This document shows, piece after piece, positions 25,852 to 39,830 of a DNA stretch of 64,000 bases. A program made the translations under genes and the position numbers. The number at the start of each line of letters is the position of its first letter. Position 1 is the stretch's first letter. The notes under the pieces were generated by a model. It was not told the origin of the DNA and did no database searches. It saw only the letters and a program-made list of their open reading frames with translations. This stretch comes from Octopus bimaculoides (lineage: Eukaryota): positions 11,389,568 through 11,453,567 of the forward strand of contig NC_068993.1 in assembly GCF_001194135.2 (NCBI RefSeq). The letters run 5' to 3'.

Positions 25852-27419
25852 AAAGAGAGAAACTGAGACAGAAAGAGAGTTTGCTGGGTGTATATGTATT
25901 TGTATGTGAGCGTGTCTCTGAGAGAGCATTTATATTTCAAGAGAATTACAGGTCACCTAAGTTAAATTACTTTCTATTCGTGCGTAGGTCAACTCTAATT
26001 AAAGAGACGTGTAGCCAATATAAGATCTCGACGATCTTACAATTTCTTTTTTATGTCTTGCACGATTTTTTTACGATGTGCCCTACATATCATTGAAGAA
26101 TAACGACTATAATTTGAGGCAAAATTTACCGTTCTTTCTAGAAGTTGCATTAATCACTTAGGCATTCACTCTACTCGTAATCTTGAATTTATTTTTTGAA
26201 AATATGCATTAGTTAAATAAGCTATTGTTATTTCTAATTTTCTTCCTCTAAATTTCTTATGTCTAAGTAAACATCCTTACAAATATGTGTTACTTTAAAC
26301 ATCCTTTTATTGCTGCACGAAATCTCTGCGTATGTTTATATTAGAGTAGTCTCACAAGAGATAAAAAGCAACGTTTAGTATTTTAAGAGCACCAAGAGAC
26401 CTTGCAGGGTTCAGCCTTTAATTATATATTTCCGTGACGCCAAATCTATTTGATAAGAATTACCATCAACACAAGGTTGTTAAAAAAAATATACTCATTG
26501 TTTCTATTTTATTGCACTGACCAACCCGTGAGAGAGTGAAAGAGAGAAAATGAGATAGAGAGAGCACTATTAATCTTTGATCTATTATCGACCACTACCT
26601 ACTTTAAAGATATATAAGAAATCAGACCCCGTAGAAAAAAAAAGAATATAATTTAACATCACTAAGTTTGTCAAAATCGATACTTTTCCTCCATCAATAT
26701 ACTTCAACATCAGACATCGGATAATATCTATCATCATAGACATTATTTCTGTGTTATATATCGACTATCAAAGACAGTGAACGTTTAGGCTACTGAAATA
26801 ATCATCAGTGTGGTTTAATCAATTCTAAGTACCAGTTCTTCTGATCATCACGCATTCGTTTAATCGAGAAGAAAAGAAAAACAGAAAAGAAAAGAGAAAA
26901 AGAACGAAAGAAAATAATGAAACCGGGATTCTGAATACATCGATCAGATGTGACGTTCCTTGCTGTATATCCATACATAAAATAATTAATTCTCAAAGTT
27001 GCAGAAAAGCAAATTGGCAAATTGCAGCAGTAGGTGTAGTTGAGATATAGAAAAGAAATTTTGTTCTTGACGATCTTGTTTAACCACTGGTTTATTACCT
27101 TCGTCAAAAGGACATGTATATACACATGCATTTCTACAATGATCTCCCCGCTAGTTGTTTTGCATGTATTTCATATGAGATGTGCTTTATTCTAAACTAT
27201 GCATGATATGACGGATAATGGTGGCAATTGTAAGTTGATCGAAAGAGATTATGAACTAGTAGCACAAGAATTCGATTGATTGTTTTTTGTAGTAAATTCC
27301 TTTCGAAGTATACATATGCACATGGATTTCGAAATGCTGATTGCATCTCGTTTTAATCACTCATTTCAAATGCATACATATATATGCATACATCCTGGAT
27401 GGGTATATCTTCTGAAGAC

Positions 27420-28345
27420 TTGAAGAAGACAGTAATATCGACATAAAATGCAACCTCTCATGGATTCGTGAGTTTCTCTGTCATCACATCCTACTTCGAA
27501 AGCTGTGCATTTACAATAGAAGGAGAGGCGATCCATACGAAATATCTAATCAACAAAAGAGACAGTGCAACCTTTGGAGCTCCAAGATGCAATCGAAAGT
27601 GTAGATTATGTCATATTTCTGTGGAAGACATCACACGTGTGCTTAGCATTTGCCCCAGGATCTTATCAACATAGTAGCTCTGTATGAGACATGAACTTAT
27701 CGCAAAAACAATATAAAATGTATAGCCTGCTGGTGACGATGTTTCCTGGGACTAAATAACAATAACATTCGTCCTAAACCAGAGCTGCCACGTTGTGTTG
27801 GAAAAATATCTTTACTCTAGAGTACTGTTATTGAATGGCTTACGTTGAGAGATATACAAATAGAAATTTTCTATTTTAATATAAAATGCTATTCGAAAAA
27901 ATACTGTCATGGAATGAATATACAAAATCGCCCACTTATTAAATACATACACAGACATCACCACAAGGAACACTGGTGGGACATTCTGATCAAAACATCT
28001 GTGAATTGTAAACATAACACACCAGATATTTGTTTGGGGCAGACAAGTAATAGTATGTACCGTCACAGAGGCCAACTGTTCTTTTGATGTGAATATCTCT
28101 ATGAAAATCAAAGTGAAAGAGAAGAACTACGGTCAGATATTTCGAAGGATCAAGCGTTTATATCCAGATTATAAATTTACATTTATACCAATAATAATTG
28201 ATGCACTCGGCTTTGTGACTAAATGCCTAAATGGTAGCTTGGACAAGCTAATTATGTTCAGAAAAACAAATCAAACAACTAATTCGCAAATTACAAATAC
28301 ATTCTGTAAGTAGAATGCTAAAAATATGCAGACTCTTCTTAAGTC
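27420..28345 (+). mobile_element. RLE non-LTR retrotransposon 3' region, second family, disrupted
   Basis: CRLCHISVEDITRVLSICP..MRH zinc knuckle; HWWDILIKTSVNCKHNTPD; FIPIIIDALGFV; same family as 49.6-50.2 kb. Confidence 0.88.
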
Positions 28346-28929
28346 TAAAATTTTGTCACTCTTTACCTACATTCCAAATGATGGAGTCTTATATTTTTCT
28401 TAGAAATCAACTACCTTCCAAGACGAATAATTTAAAGAATAAAAAAAGAAGAGAACATACTCACACAGGCACACGCACAGACACACACATACACAAGCAC
28501 AAACACACACACACACACACATATACGCACAAGCACACATAAACACACATGCACATATATGTATATTGTTTAGTATTTGATTTGCAAACTTGATGTAAAA
28601 TAAGATGCTGATGTAAAATGAGATGTAATTTTTCCAAGAAAAAGTTACCCTTGTTATATTTCAGTTCATTTATCTCTATTTTTCAGGAAGTTAATTAAGG
28701 AACTAAATAACTGGTCACAACTTGAAGAATAAAGTTATTAATTAGTAATGTGCTTTCGTAATGTCCATGAGTCACAATGTGCCATTCAACAATGGTGTTC
28801 TCATGTCCATGGTTGCCACAGATCTGGAAAGAAATATCGCTTTTCAGTGTGATACAAGCAAAGCCGTCAGTTAACAACTTCAAATTTTCTTCTCGTCCTT
28901 GCTCACATACATGAGTAGCTTTTAATTTT

Positions 28930-29160
28930 GTTTATCGTCTATTTATTACTTGCACCAGTCATTGGAGAGCACCTTTCTTGGTGCAATGCATTGAATTGTT
29001 TACTAGAAGAAATCGCCAAACACAAAGGCGTACTCACAGAATTGACTGGTTTCCGAATTCAATCAGACATCATAAAAGAAAAATACATTTCCGGAGATAC
29101 CTGTAAGTGAGATTGAAACCATATGATTGCAGAGCGAACTACTTGACCACACAGCCATAC
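28930..29160 (-). mobile_element. SINE S2, decayed
   Basis: Head (reverse complement GTATGGCTGTGTGGTCAAGTAG) at ~29110-29160; tail-like GGTGCTCTCCA at ~28950-28980. Confidence 0.55.
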
Positions 29161-29451
29161 CTTCTACATAGAAACTATTTTTTATAATACTTCTTTTAGA
29201 GTCTCGGGTTGTTTTTCAATGTAAAAGTTTATTTTCTGTTGTTGAACGATACTGATCTACTTCATGACTATAACAGACTGAAAAGCTAGCTTTGTAAATG
29301 ATCTTTAAATGACGTAAAAGTTAAGTTTTAAAATAGCCTTGCAACATATCATTCTTCTGTTTTTTAAATAATACAACCAAGAATTTCCCGAAAATATAAT
29401 TTAATCACGGAATCCGTGACCCAGGAAAATCCAGGGTGAAACGTATAACTA

Positions 29452-29520
<69 letters not shown>

Positions 29521-29720
29521 NNNNNNNNNNNNNNNNNNNNNNNNNNNNNNNNNNNNNNNNNNNNNNNNNNNNNNNNNNNNNNNNNNNNNNNNNNNNNNNN
29601 NNNNNNNNNNNNNNNNNNNNNNNNNNNNNNNNNNNNNNNNNNNNNNNNNNNNNNNNNNCACACACAAAGAGGCAAATGTAGGCACATACACAAACACATA
29701 TGGTTAAATATCTATATCTA

Positions 29721-29767
<47 letters not shown>

Positions 29768-30176
29768 ATATCTATCTATCTATCTATCTTATCTATCTAT
29801 CTATCTATCTATCTACATTACCGCCCGACATATATAAGTATGTATGTATGTATGTATGTATGTATGCATACCTATATAATTCACATACACACGCACATAT
29901 GTTATTTTTGAAGCTATTAATATTGTCATCCGTTGTCATGATAACCTCCTAACATCTTACACAAACATGAATATTCAATACTAATTTGAATCGATTAGAT
30001 GTGATATCATCTGGCATTGCAGTATCCATATTACATTTCATTCTATAACGTCTGCATTGTTGTTAGCATAACAGCAAAACGTTGGACATAAATGTGAAAA
30101 ACTTTTTCGAAATATGCTGTAACGCAGACAAACTATTTTACGCTGAAGAATATGTATTGCGATAACACTTTGATAA

Positions 30177-30179
30177 TGT

Positions 30180-30247
<68 letters not shown>

Positions 30248-30342
30248 GTTTTTGTCCACTCATGGATCCGGACCGAACCAGACTCCTAGCAACTTAACTG
30301 GCCCTTCCCTTCAGCGTAGTGATAATAATAAAGATGATGATG

Positions 30343-30406
<64 letters not shown>

Positions 30407-30428
30407 TAATAATAATAATAATAATAAT
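30177..30428. repeat. (ACT)n and (AAT)n microsatellites
   Basis: Read directly from the sequence. Confidence 0.95.
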
Positions 30429-30689
30429 NNNNNNNNNNAGCACCACAGCAAACCACAGCACATACCCAAGGCGCACAGAGCTGCGCTCGGTAGTGAAGTG
30501 AAAGCACGTTATAAAAATAAAACTACTGAACAACAATAATAATAAAGATGTTGATGATGAAAGTGGTGATATTTTCTATAACATAGTCCTTATGAAGAAT
30601 AATAAAAGATAATGATGATGATGAGGCTAACGGACACTTTTTTATGTTATATAATACGGGGTCTACTAAAAGCACAATACCTACAATTT

Positions 30690-30842
30690 GGAGGAGGGGG
30701 ATAGTCTATTACATCGACCCTAGTACGCTACTCGTACTTAATTTATCGACACCGAAATGATGAAAGGTATAATTGACCTCGGTAGAATTTGAACTCAGAA
30801 CGTTGCATCCAGCGTGCTAACGATTCTGCCAGCTCCCCACCT
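30690..30842 (-). mobile_element. SINE S1, internally deleted
   Basis: ATCGACCCTAGTACG...GACCTCGGTAGAATTTGAACTCAGAACG...GCTAACGATTCTGCCAGCTC. Confidence 0.88.
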
Positions 30843-32021
30843 TTCTAACTATAAATATTGAGACGAAATATCCTTATTTCATTACGAGATATTTTCATAA
30901 TGTGCGTTAGTGTCCGACAGTAGTTCACTGAGTCAAACTTTATATTTATTCATCTACTCTCTGTTCTCTCGACATAACCTTTCACAAAGGAGAAAACTAA
31001 GACTATTTCATGAATAAAAATAAGTTGCTGAAAAGGTGATTAAAGGGAGACAGCGAGCCATAAAGTTTTAAAATAAAAAATCAAGTATTCAGTAACGATA
31101 TTCCTATTCGAATTCACTACACTATCTATCTATTAGTGCATAAGAACAAAAAAATAATTATTCCTAATGTTTAAAGTTTCACAACAAAATTGATAAAATA
31201 TNNNNNNNNNNNNNNNNNNNNNNNNNNNNNNNNNNNNNNNNNNNNNNNNNNNNNNNNNNNNNNNNNNNNNNNNNNNNNNNNNNNNNNNNNNNNNNNNNNN
31301 NNNNNNNNNNNNNNNNNNNNNNNNNNNNNNNNNNNNNNNNNNNNNNNNNNNNNNNNNNNNNNNNNNNNNNNNNNNNNNNNNNNNNNNNNNNNNNNNNNNN
31401 NNNNNNNNNNNNNNNNNNNNNNNNNNNNNNNNNNNNNNNNNNNNNNNNNNNNNNNNNNNNNNNNNNNNNNNNNNNNNNNNNNNNNNNNNNNNNNNNNNNN
31501 NNNNNNNNNNNNNNNNNNNNNNNNNNNNNNNNNNNNNNNNNNNNNNNNNNNNNNNNNNNNNNNNNNNNNNNNNNNNNNNNNNNNNNNNNNNNNNNNNNNN
31601 NNNNNNNNNNNNNNNNNNNNNNNNNNNNNNNNNNNNNNNNNNNNNNNNNNNNNNNNNNNNNNNNNNNNNNNNNNNNNNNNNNNNNNNNNNNNNNNNNNNN
31701 NNNNNNNNNNNNNNNNNNNNNNNNNNNNNNNNNNNNNNNNNNNNNNNNNNNNNNNNNNNNNNNNNNNNNNNNNNNNNNNNNNNNNNNNNNNNNNNNNNNN
31801 NNNNNNNNNNNNNNNNNNNNNNNNNNNNNNNNNNNNNNNNNNNNNNNNNNNNNNNNNNNNNNNNNNNNNNNNNNNNNNNNNNNNNNNNNNNNNNNNNNNN
31901 NNNNNNNNNNNNNNNNNNNNNNNNNNNNNNNNNNNNNNNNNNNNNNNNNNNNNNNNNNNNNNNNNNNNNNNNNNNNNNNNNNNNNNNNNNNNNNNNNNNN
32001 NNNNNNNNNNNNNNNNNNNNN

Positions 32022-32054
<33 letters not shown>

Positions 32055-32372
32055 ATGCTTCCACATATATATATATACACATGTATATATATGTACATAC
32101 ATACATACACACATATATATATATCAATTAACATACATGTGCCCCCAAAAGTTATTATTTTATGTTTGTAATCGGTTACTTATTTTGCAGAATGCAAAGA
32201 TATGTGCTGTTCGTTATTAGTCATACACGACGTAATGTACATTCATTGTGTACACATATATAATTTGAAGATAGTTTAAAAATTCTACGCAGACTTGATT
32301 CGTTTTGAATCGAATAATTCGATTTTGAGAGGAAAAAGTTTTGTTCATATATACATACATATATACATATGT

Positions 32373-32500
32373 AGGCGTATAGCTCAGTGGTTAGAGCATC
32401 TGGTTCACTATCATGATGTAGCGTGTTGGATCCCTAGACGGAGATCTGAATAGTGTTCTTGAGATAAGACACTTTAAGTTAAGACACTTGAGTTAAGACA
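32373..32500 (+). mobile_element. SINE family S3 tRNA-like head
   Basis: GGCGTATAGCTCAGTGGTTAGAGC...GTGTTCTTGAGATAAGACACTT aligns to the minus-strand copy at 59.8-59.9 kb; TAAGACACTT occurs three times in tandem. Confidence 0.75.
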
Positions 32501-33774
32501 CTTTACCCAAATCCAGGAAATTTAATTTTCAGCACTCCTTCGTGTATACTGGACAATAGAAAACATGGTATATAGACGACTAAAACTGTTCTGCAAGATC
32601 TAAATATGTTACAATACATTGCTTGTAAAATAACTTTTCATGTGGTATTACGAAGGAATTCTTTGTTTACTTTCGTAAGTGAAGCTGCAAATAGCCATAG
32701 GGCAATAACCTCTTTAGAGCTTGTAGAGTATAATGACTTTATTTGGCGGGAGAAGATAAATTTTCACACTCTGCAATTCCTATAATAATGTAGAAATTGT
32801 AATGAATTCATTGAAGAAGTATCTGAATAGTGTGAAGCTATAAAAACCTATCTTACCGTTATGCGTAAATTGTTAGGAAATAATTTATTACTATGAAAAT
32901 AAGTAAAATGTGACGACAGAATTTCGCGTCTAATAGATTAAACAACGAATTAAATAGATTAGCAAATGTTAGCTTTAACATTCTTACATAAGAAAATATT
33001 AGTTATAAAATACTTACTGAAGCAACATAACTTTTGATTAAAGAAGACATCGGGAAAAGTCGCAAATATAAAACTAACAACAGCCAGTTGAAAACATTAT
33101 AAAACTCAATATTAATGATTACAAACTGACCACAAAATGCTACCAAGTTTAGCTAAAACACTGATAGACACATTAATCATCGAAGAAAATCGATAAGAGA
33201 CATACGGAACAGTTTTAGTGATATTGACATTACATTAGCTTCATGTGCAGAAGACCTACTTCATAACATAAAAAAGAAATGAAGAGGACATAAAATTCAA
33301 GTTAAAACAGTAAAATAAAATGTAAGTTGAAGAGTACCACTACCTTCAAAATATTGCTGACACAGGTACAATGATATAGATTACGAATGAAACACTTTAA
33401 CACACTATAGAAGGAGAGACAACTACGTAGATATAACCTACAAATTTACAGTTGCTAAAACACCGATTCTATGCTATTTGAATATGGAGAATCTAAAGGA
33501 CATAATATCACAAACAAAAGTCGAAATTAGACGAAATAATTACAAACAATATGTACAGAAAATTTGACTGAAAATCTTCAAATCACATCGACTGCCATAA
33601 AATGTAGACTAAGTTCGTGTAAACTTCGAAATAAATAACAGTAAACAAAGAAAATAAAAACTAAAAATACATTGATTGCGAGAATATTTCCGTTTGATTT
33701 AGAAGCTAAGACAAATGGCAAATATATAAAAGATAGAAATTTATCAAAACAACTCCAGCGGTTGAACAATTACA

Positions 33775-33842
33775 TTATTTTTCGACATAGTCTCCTTGCT
33801 TTTCTATGCACTCCTCCCAACGGTCAAAATGATTCCGTAAAA
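33775..33842 (-). mobile_element. Mariner transposase C-terminus
   Basis: Minus-strand LRNHFDRWEECIEKQGDYVEK*. Confidence 0.8.
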
Positions 33843-33845
33843 TCT

Positions 33846-34004
33846 GTGTGACAGGTGTGCTAAGACGTCTTACCGAAGCGCAGAAGCGCAATCGTGAGGA
33901 GACACGTCAACGACTACTCGAGCGCTGCAGCGACAAATGTCAGGCTTTTTTGGAGAGAATACGAAGAACTCTGTTGTCCAATAAATGTTATTGTTGTACG
34001 AAAA
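33846..34004 (+). mobile_element. Mariner transposase fragment, internally deleted
   Basis: LRRLTEAQKRNREETRQRLLERCSDKCQAFLERI followed directly by RR.LLS..LLLYEN (HDN-like). Confidence 0.7.
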
Positions 34005-34565
34005 TTCATACCTACATAGGGCACCCACACCTTTGGAACCATTCCATCAGAGAAGGTTTTCGGTTGGTCGCACAGCCATTCTTACAAAATTTGTTGCGCT
34101 TCCGTAGCAAATCACCGACCTCGTACAGGGCGCTTAAGCGGTCCAACGAAGTGGTATACAGGATGATCCAGCAACTCGAAACTCAAATTTTCAATGATGT
34201 CAACGGTGGTCATGCATTGTGGTGCAATAATTCAGCGTATTCTCTTCAAAAAGCTTCAACTCTATCGTTGTAGCGGCTGTAGTAAGATTTGAGAGATGCC
34301 TGCATGGTTGCGCTTATGCACTTCGGAAACTTCTCTTAGCATCCATCTCACGCAGTATTTACGGTAACGGTTTTGTCGTGGATGATTTTATAAGCAGAAC
34401 TATAACTAACTTGTAGAAAACATGTCACCCCAACGAAGGTCACCAGTCGGTTTGCCGAGCCATCATCCGAGCTTTCTGAATCTTTACGTGAGTGGTAGAG
34501 TTTGATGGGCGACCTGAAACCTCCTCGTGTTTGACGCTTTCCCATCCATTTTAACTCTTCTAGAT
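34005..34565 (-). mobile_element. Mariner transposase relic, internally deleted
   Basis: SGRPSNST...SAYKIIHD..RW....FLKRI then LLHHNA..FELLDHP..GPLK..RGR.FATE..EWLCDQPKTF, read with frameshifts. Confidence 0.8.
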
Positions 34566-36089
34566 CCAATCATGCACACTTCTGCACGGTAGAGCGCTAA
34601 CAGCACATTGTACTGGAAACCTGCGATAATCTTCAGTCACTGACACATCTTCATACCAGAGAAATTAGATCCCTAATGTCTCTTCTTCGTTAGTGCAAAT
34701 AGCCTGCTGAGTGGCTATATTTATTTTGCAACACAAGAAAGAAAACTTGACCGATGACGGTAAATCCACGGTTACAAACCACAAGTGCTGAAGACTGTGT
34801 GGTCCAATTAAAATTTTGGCGGAAGTGTGTATAATTTATATATATGTACACAGAGTGGATTTAATGCCATGTTTCACCTCAACCAAGAAGGGAAATCATT
34901 ATTGACGGCAATCGATGAGGAAGTGTGTATAAATATGTTAGAGACATTCAAATGTCACTCTCCAGGAACACGATCTGGAAAAGCTTAAAGCATAATACTA
35001 AACATTTGTTCTAGAACCTATATGTGATCGGTGAACGTCTCTCAAAATATTTTAAAGTACTGTTACAAAATCCTGGAAAAAAATCAACTGCAATATTCTA
35101 CGCAAAGATATATATTTCTGCTTTCTATATCAGTAATAAAATACTGAATTCCAAATCTATTGGATCAGCATATGTCTAAAAAAACAATCAAGAAATCAAT
35201 AAAATTCTGGCATCAAAATGTCTGCTAAAATCCACGAAAGCCTGCACAAATACTTACTGCTATATGTACAGAAGTAGATAAGCGTGAAGGTGGCTTATGT
35301 ACGAAAGAATCAATTACTAATTAAAAAAAAACAAACTACAAAAAACTGTGATGGAAAGGGTTTAGTAAGTAAGAGAATAAAACGAAAATAGCGAGAGGAC
35401 AATAAATCTTACAAATAACGTGATTGTGATTCTAAATATAAGAACGTTTACAGAAGTTATATTAAAACAACAGTTTATGGCAAAGTGTAATAAAATATTA
35501 AGCGTAAAATGCTGAAAGGATACATCACCCTGAAAACCATATATACACACATACATACATGCATACATACATACATACATACATACATACATACATACAT
35601 ACATACATACATACANNNNNNNNNNNNNNNNNNNNNNNNNNNNNNNNNNNNNNNNNNNNNNNNNNNNNNNNNNNNNNNNNNNNNNNNNNNNNNNNNNNNN
35701 NNNNNNNNNNNNNNNNNNNNNNNNNNNNNNNNNNNNNNNNNNNNNNNNNNNNNNNNNNNNNNNNNNNNNNNNNNNNNNNNNNNNNNNNNNNNNNNNNNNN
35801 NNNNNNNNNNNNNNNNNNNNNNNNNNNNNNNNNNNNNNNNNNNNNNNNNNNNNNNNNNNNNNNNNNNNNNNNNNNNNNNNNNNNNNNNNNNNNNNNNNNN
35901 NNNNNNNNNNNNNNNNNNNNNNNNNNNNNNNNNNNNNNNNNNNNNNNNNNNNNNNNNNNNNNNNNNNNNNNNNNNNNNNNNNNNNNNNNNNNNNNNNNNN
36001 NNNNNNNNNNNNNNNNNNNNNNNNNNNNNNNNNNNNNNNNNNNNNNNNNNNNNNNNNNNNNNNNNNNNNNNNNNNNNNNNNNNNNNNNN

Positions 36090-36167
<78 letters not shown>

Positions 36168-38929
36168 GGATGATAAATGAGAGAAACACAAGATACAATA
36201 AAAGAACATATACGAATGGCTGTAAAGTACATCTAACTATTCCCCCGTAGAACTCTGGCTGCTGCTACCCTTCATTAAATATTTGTGCTAAAATGGATTA
36301 GAATGCGACATTAAGCCAGAAATTAAATTATCCAATTTATCATGGAATCATGAACAACAAGATATGCATACAGATGTCTTATTGGGCAAAATTACATCGA
36401 AATGTCTACTCCCGGAAAATGGTCTTTCTTTAAGGCCAGAAAATAGAAAATAAGCAAACCTCACCAAAGAATAAATATAAATTGACAGAAAGCTCAGCTG
36501 AGAGATGTAGTAGGTTACTGCTCCCTTTAGTAGACTTGTACTGCTGAGAAACCTACAGACGTCATGGAACCACGTCCATGTAAGAGACAGGCAATTCTTT
36601 GAAACAAGTCCACGTATTAATATGCTCTTAACTGTAATTAGAAGAGATGCTGCCTGCATTCTCCAGTACTTGAATGGCTTCTGCTCACTGGAGAGCTGCC
36701 TAGTTTCGTGCCTTCTACATTCAGGATATCCGAAGCACACATCTCTTCTTTTGGCAACCATATTTTGTATAACCCCTTAGTCTCTGGCACAAATCGCCGC
36801 ACGCAGTCTTCGCTTTCAAAGCGTAGATTCTGATATATTATCCAATCACAATTTCCATTGCTGCCGTAGATTTTTGAGTGTTGAAGACAAACGTTAACTT
36901 TCGATATTAACTAGTTTGGAAGGAGGTCATATGAAGGCCATGGGCATATTCCCTTCATAAGAAATTATTCAATAAAATATATCCAATACACATTAAAATA
37001 TCAAGTAAAGAATTATACTTTAGAAATAACATAACGCCGCTGGATACAACAACAAATGGCATCGAAATGTTAACGATGAAATACCAAAAGTTAGCGACAT
37101 TTGAATAAAACCAAAATAGAACAATTGCATTGAAACTATTTACTAAAAGGTACACATCCCTGAGCAACATGCGATTGAAAATTAATGTCGGTAAGTGTTT
37201 CACTGGGTTCGTGTCATATTTCATCATTCTACGAAAATATTTATATCTATTGATTTCAGCAACCACAATGTTCAGCCATTCTAGTGGAGTTAGTCAAAGG
37301 GTGGATCTTTATAACGCTTTTCCAATCACCTACACAAATCGAATGTGGATGCATTCATTAGTCACTCTTTGTAATATTCAGTTCATGAAAATTTATTCAA
37401 GTACATCTTTGTTATCTATTATAGGAGCGGAAATGTTTGTTCAACGGTTTTATATTTACTTCTCATTTGTCTGAAAAGAATTTTGTGATGGGATTATTCA
37501 AGGTTCTTTTATGTTACCCTTAGACTACGGTGGTGGACCCTCTTCCTACTTCGTTTGAGATGACCTCGTTGTAACCTCCATGTGACGCCTGGACTTAAAT
37601 TTGCCAAAAGTATGCAAACTGTAAATTGTCTAAAGTCTAACAATTACTTTACTGCCTGTATAATTCTTAAGATTTCTATCTCAAACAATCCAAAGCCTCT
37701 TGAAATTACAACTAAAATAAAAGCAACAATAAAAAAAAAACAGTGTAAACAACGCTTATATATGAAATATAAGTCAAGTCATTTCATGAAATGAAAATGA
37801 ACCTTGAAATTGTGTGTAAACGATATGCAGGTGTGCTAAGAAGTACGTTTAAATATCAGTGTTTCAACAATGCTTCTTATTTTAGAAATCCAGACAAGAA
37901 GATAACAGTAGATCTATCATGTTAGCTTTCTTGTAACAACCGTCTAATTTTAACATCGTCTGGAAAATGCTCGATACAAGTAGAGGATATAGACTTTGAG
38001 ATTTGCATAATTCTGTAAAGGGCTGCATTAAGGACAAACGTATTTCAATGGCGAATTAGCTAACCGGTATATAAAAGACCTTCATTAAATGTTACCCCTT
38101 CTATTAATACCTGTTGATACATCGGAAGATTATAACATCAATTAACTGAACGGATCAGTATTTAGCTATATAACTGGAACAACCACACACTCTCACAAGT
38201 CATCTCTTCACACTTAACGGACTGAAAAACCATACAGTTCTAGAAAATGCTCCTAGAGATTTACGATCTGGGCTGTCTCATTTTTATTTGTAACAGAATG
38301 GCTTAATATTTAACAACTTGACAGGAAAAATCATACCTTTTAACTTCAGTGGGCTCATGGGTATTCGTAATCTTACAACGATTATCGTAATATGGCGTAC
38401 TTTTATTTATGTAAGTCTCCACATACACGTTATCTACATTCACCCACTTCCTTAATTGTTACTTTTATGAACTTCCTATTTCTTACTTGGTAAAAAAGGC
38501 AGTCAAATTACGATATATATATATATATANNNNNNNNNNNNNNNNNNNNNNNNNNNNNNNNNNNNNNNNNNNNNNNNNNNNNNNNNNNNNNNNNNNNNNN
38601 NNNNNNNNNNNNNNNNNNNNNNNNNNNNNNNNNNNNNNNNNNNNNNNNNNNNNNNNNNNNNNNNNNNNNNNNNNNNNNNNNNNNNNNNNNNNNNNNNNNN
38701 NNNNNNNNNNNNNNNNNNNNNNNNNNNNNNNNNNNNNNNNNNNNNNNNNNNNNNNNNNNNNNNNNNNNNNNNNNNNNNNNNNNNNNNNNNNNNNNNNNNN
38801 NNNNNNNNNNNNNNNNNNNNNNNNNNNNNNNNNNNNNNNNNNNNNNNNNNNNNNNNNNNNNNNNNNNNNNNNNNNNNNNNNNNNNNNNNNNNNNNNNNNN
38901 NNNNNNNNNNNNNNNNNNNNNNNNNNNNN

Positions 38930-38962
<33 letters not shown>

Positions 38963-39329
38963 GCCCTTATATTACTATATTATATGCATTGAGTACTCTA
39001 CTATTGTTTATAGAAACACATTAACTATGTGTGTGCATGAAAAAGTAAATATACATCTGCATTTATAGCCATGTTCATATGTACGTACACACACGCACAT
39101 GCTCACACGCTTGCATAGGTAGTGCATCTCCAGCGTATCACTGTATCTCTAAAACGAGACTACCACAGCATCATACTTAAAATACCTGGAGAGAAAATAA
39201 CGCAGATCTAAAAGTAAGTTTGGATTCCAACAGAGTGCAAACAAACAACAATAACGAGAATATAACTACTGAAACAACTACTATGAAAAGGAAACTACAA
39301 ACATGGAGACGTAAACTAGGAGCGCAGAC

Positions 39330-39830
39330 TTATTGCAAACAGAAGAAATAGAAACAAGTAAAGAATATAAAATATTAAAATCAATTCCGAACATGTGTAA
39401 AGAATATCGACCAAAAAATCTGAACCAGAATTATTCTAAGAAAAATACGAACACAATTGAATATGAAAAAAAAGCTGTAAGCGAAGAAACTTGTAAAGTT
39501 GGAAATTTTAAATATGACAATAATATAAATGTAGAAATAGTTAAAGAATTTAAATCGCAAGCAAATATCAACAAAAAAAGATATATAGAAGAATGGAAAT
39601 TCCTCCTAACTCTAAAATCTATTGATAAAATATTAACAACGATAAGAAACGTAGGCTGGGCTGTTATAAACATGCTGAAAATAGAATCAGACATCAATGC
39701 CACCGGGGCAAATAAAATAATTCTCACAAATGAATGTTGTTTCCTTCTCAAAATTTCTCACATAATGATCTCTACATCCAAAAATATAAATGCGGAAAAC
39801 TACAATGAATATGAAGGTGATGAATAGAAT
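39330..39830 (+). mobile_element. Possible decayed Penelope-like RT relic
   Basis: A-rich open frame; shifted frame NFSHNDLYIQK resembles the PLE motif N.F.F...Y.Q. Weak. Confidence 0.25.

Noticed and set aside
32460-32510. Short spaced repeats (TAAGACACTT x3; also the 19-bp tandem at 9113-9150) as CRISPR-like
   Set aside because: These are slippage duplications with no unique spacers or cas genes, in a eukaryotic context.
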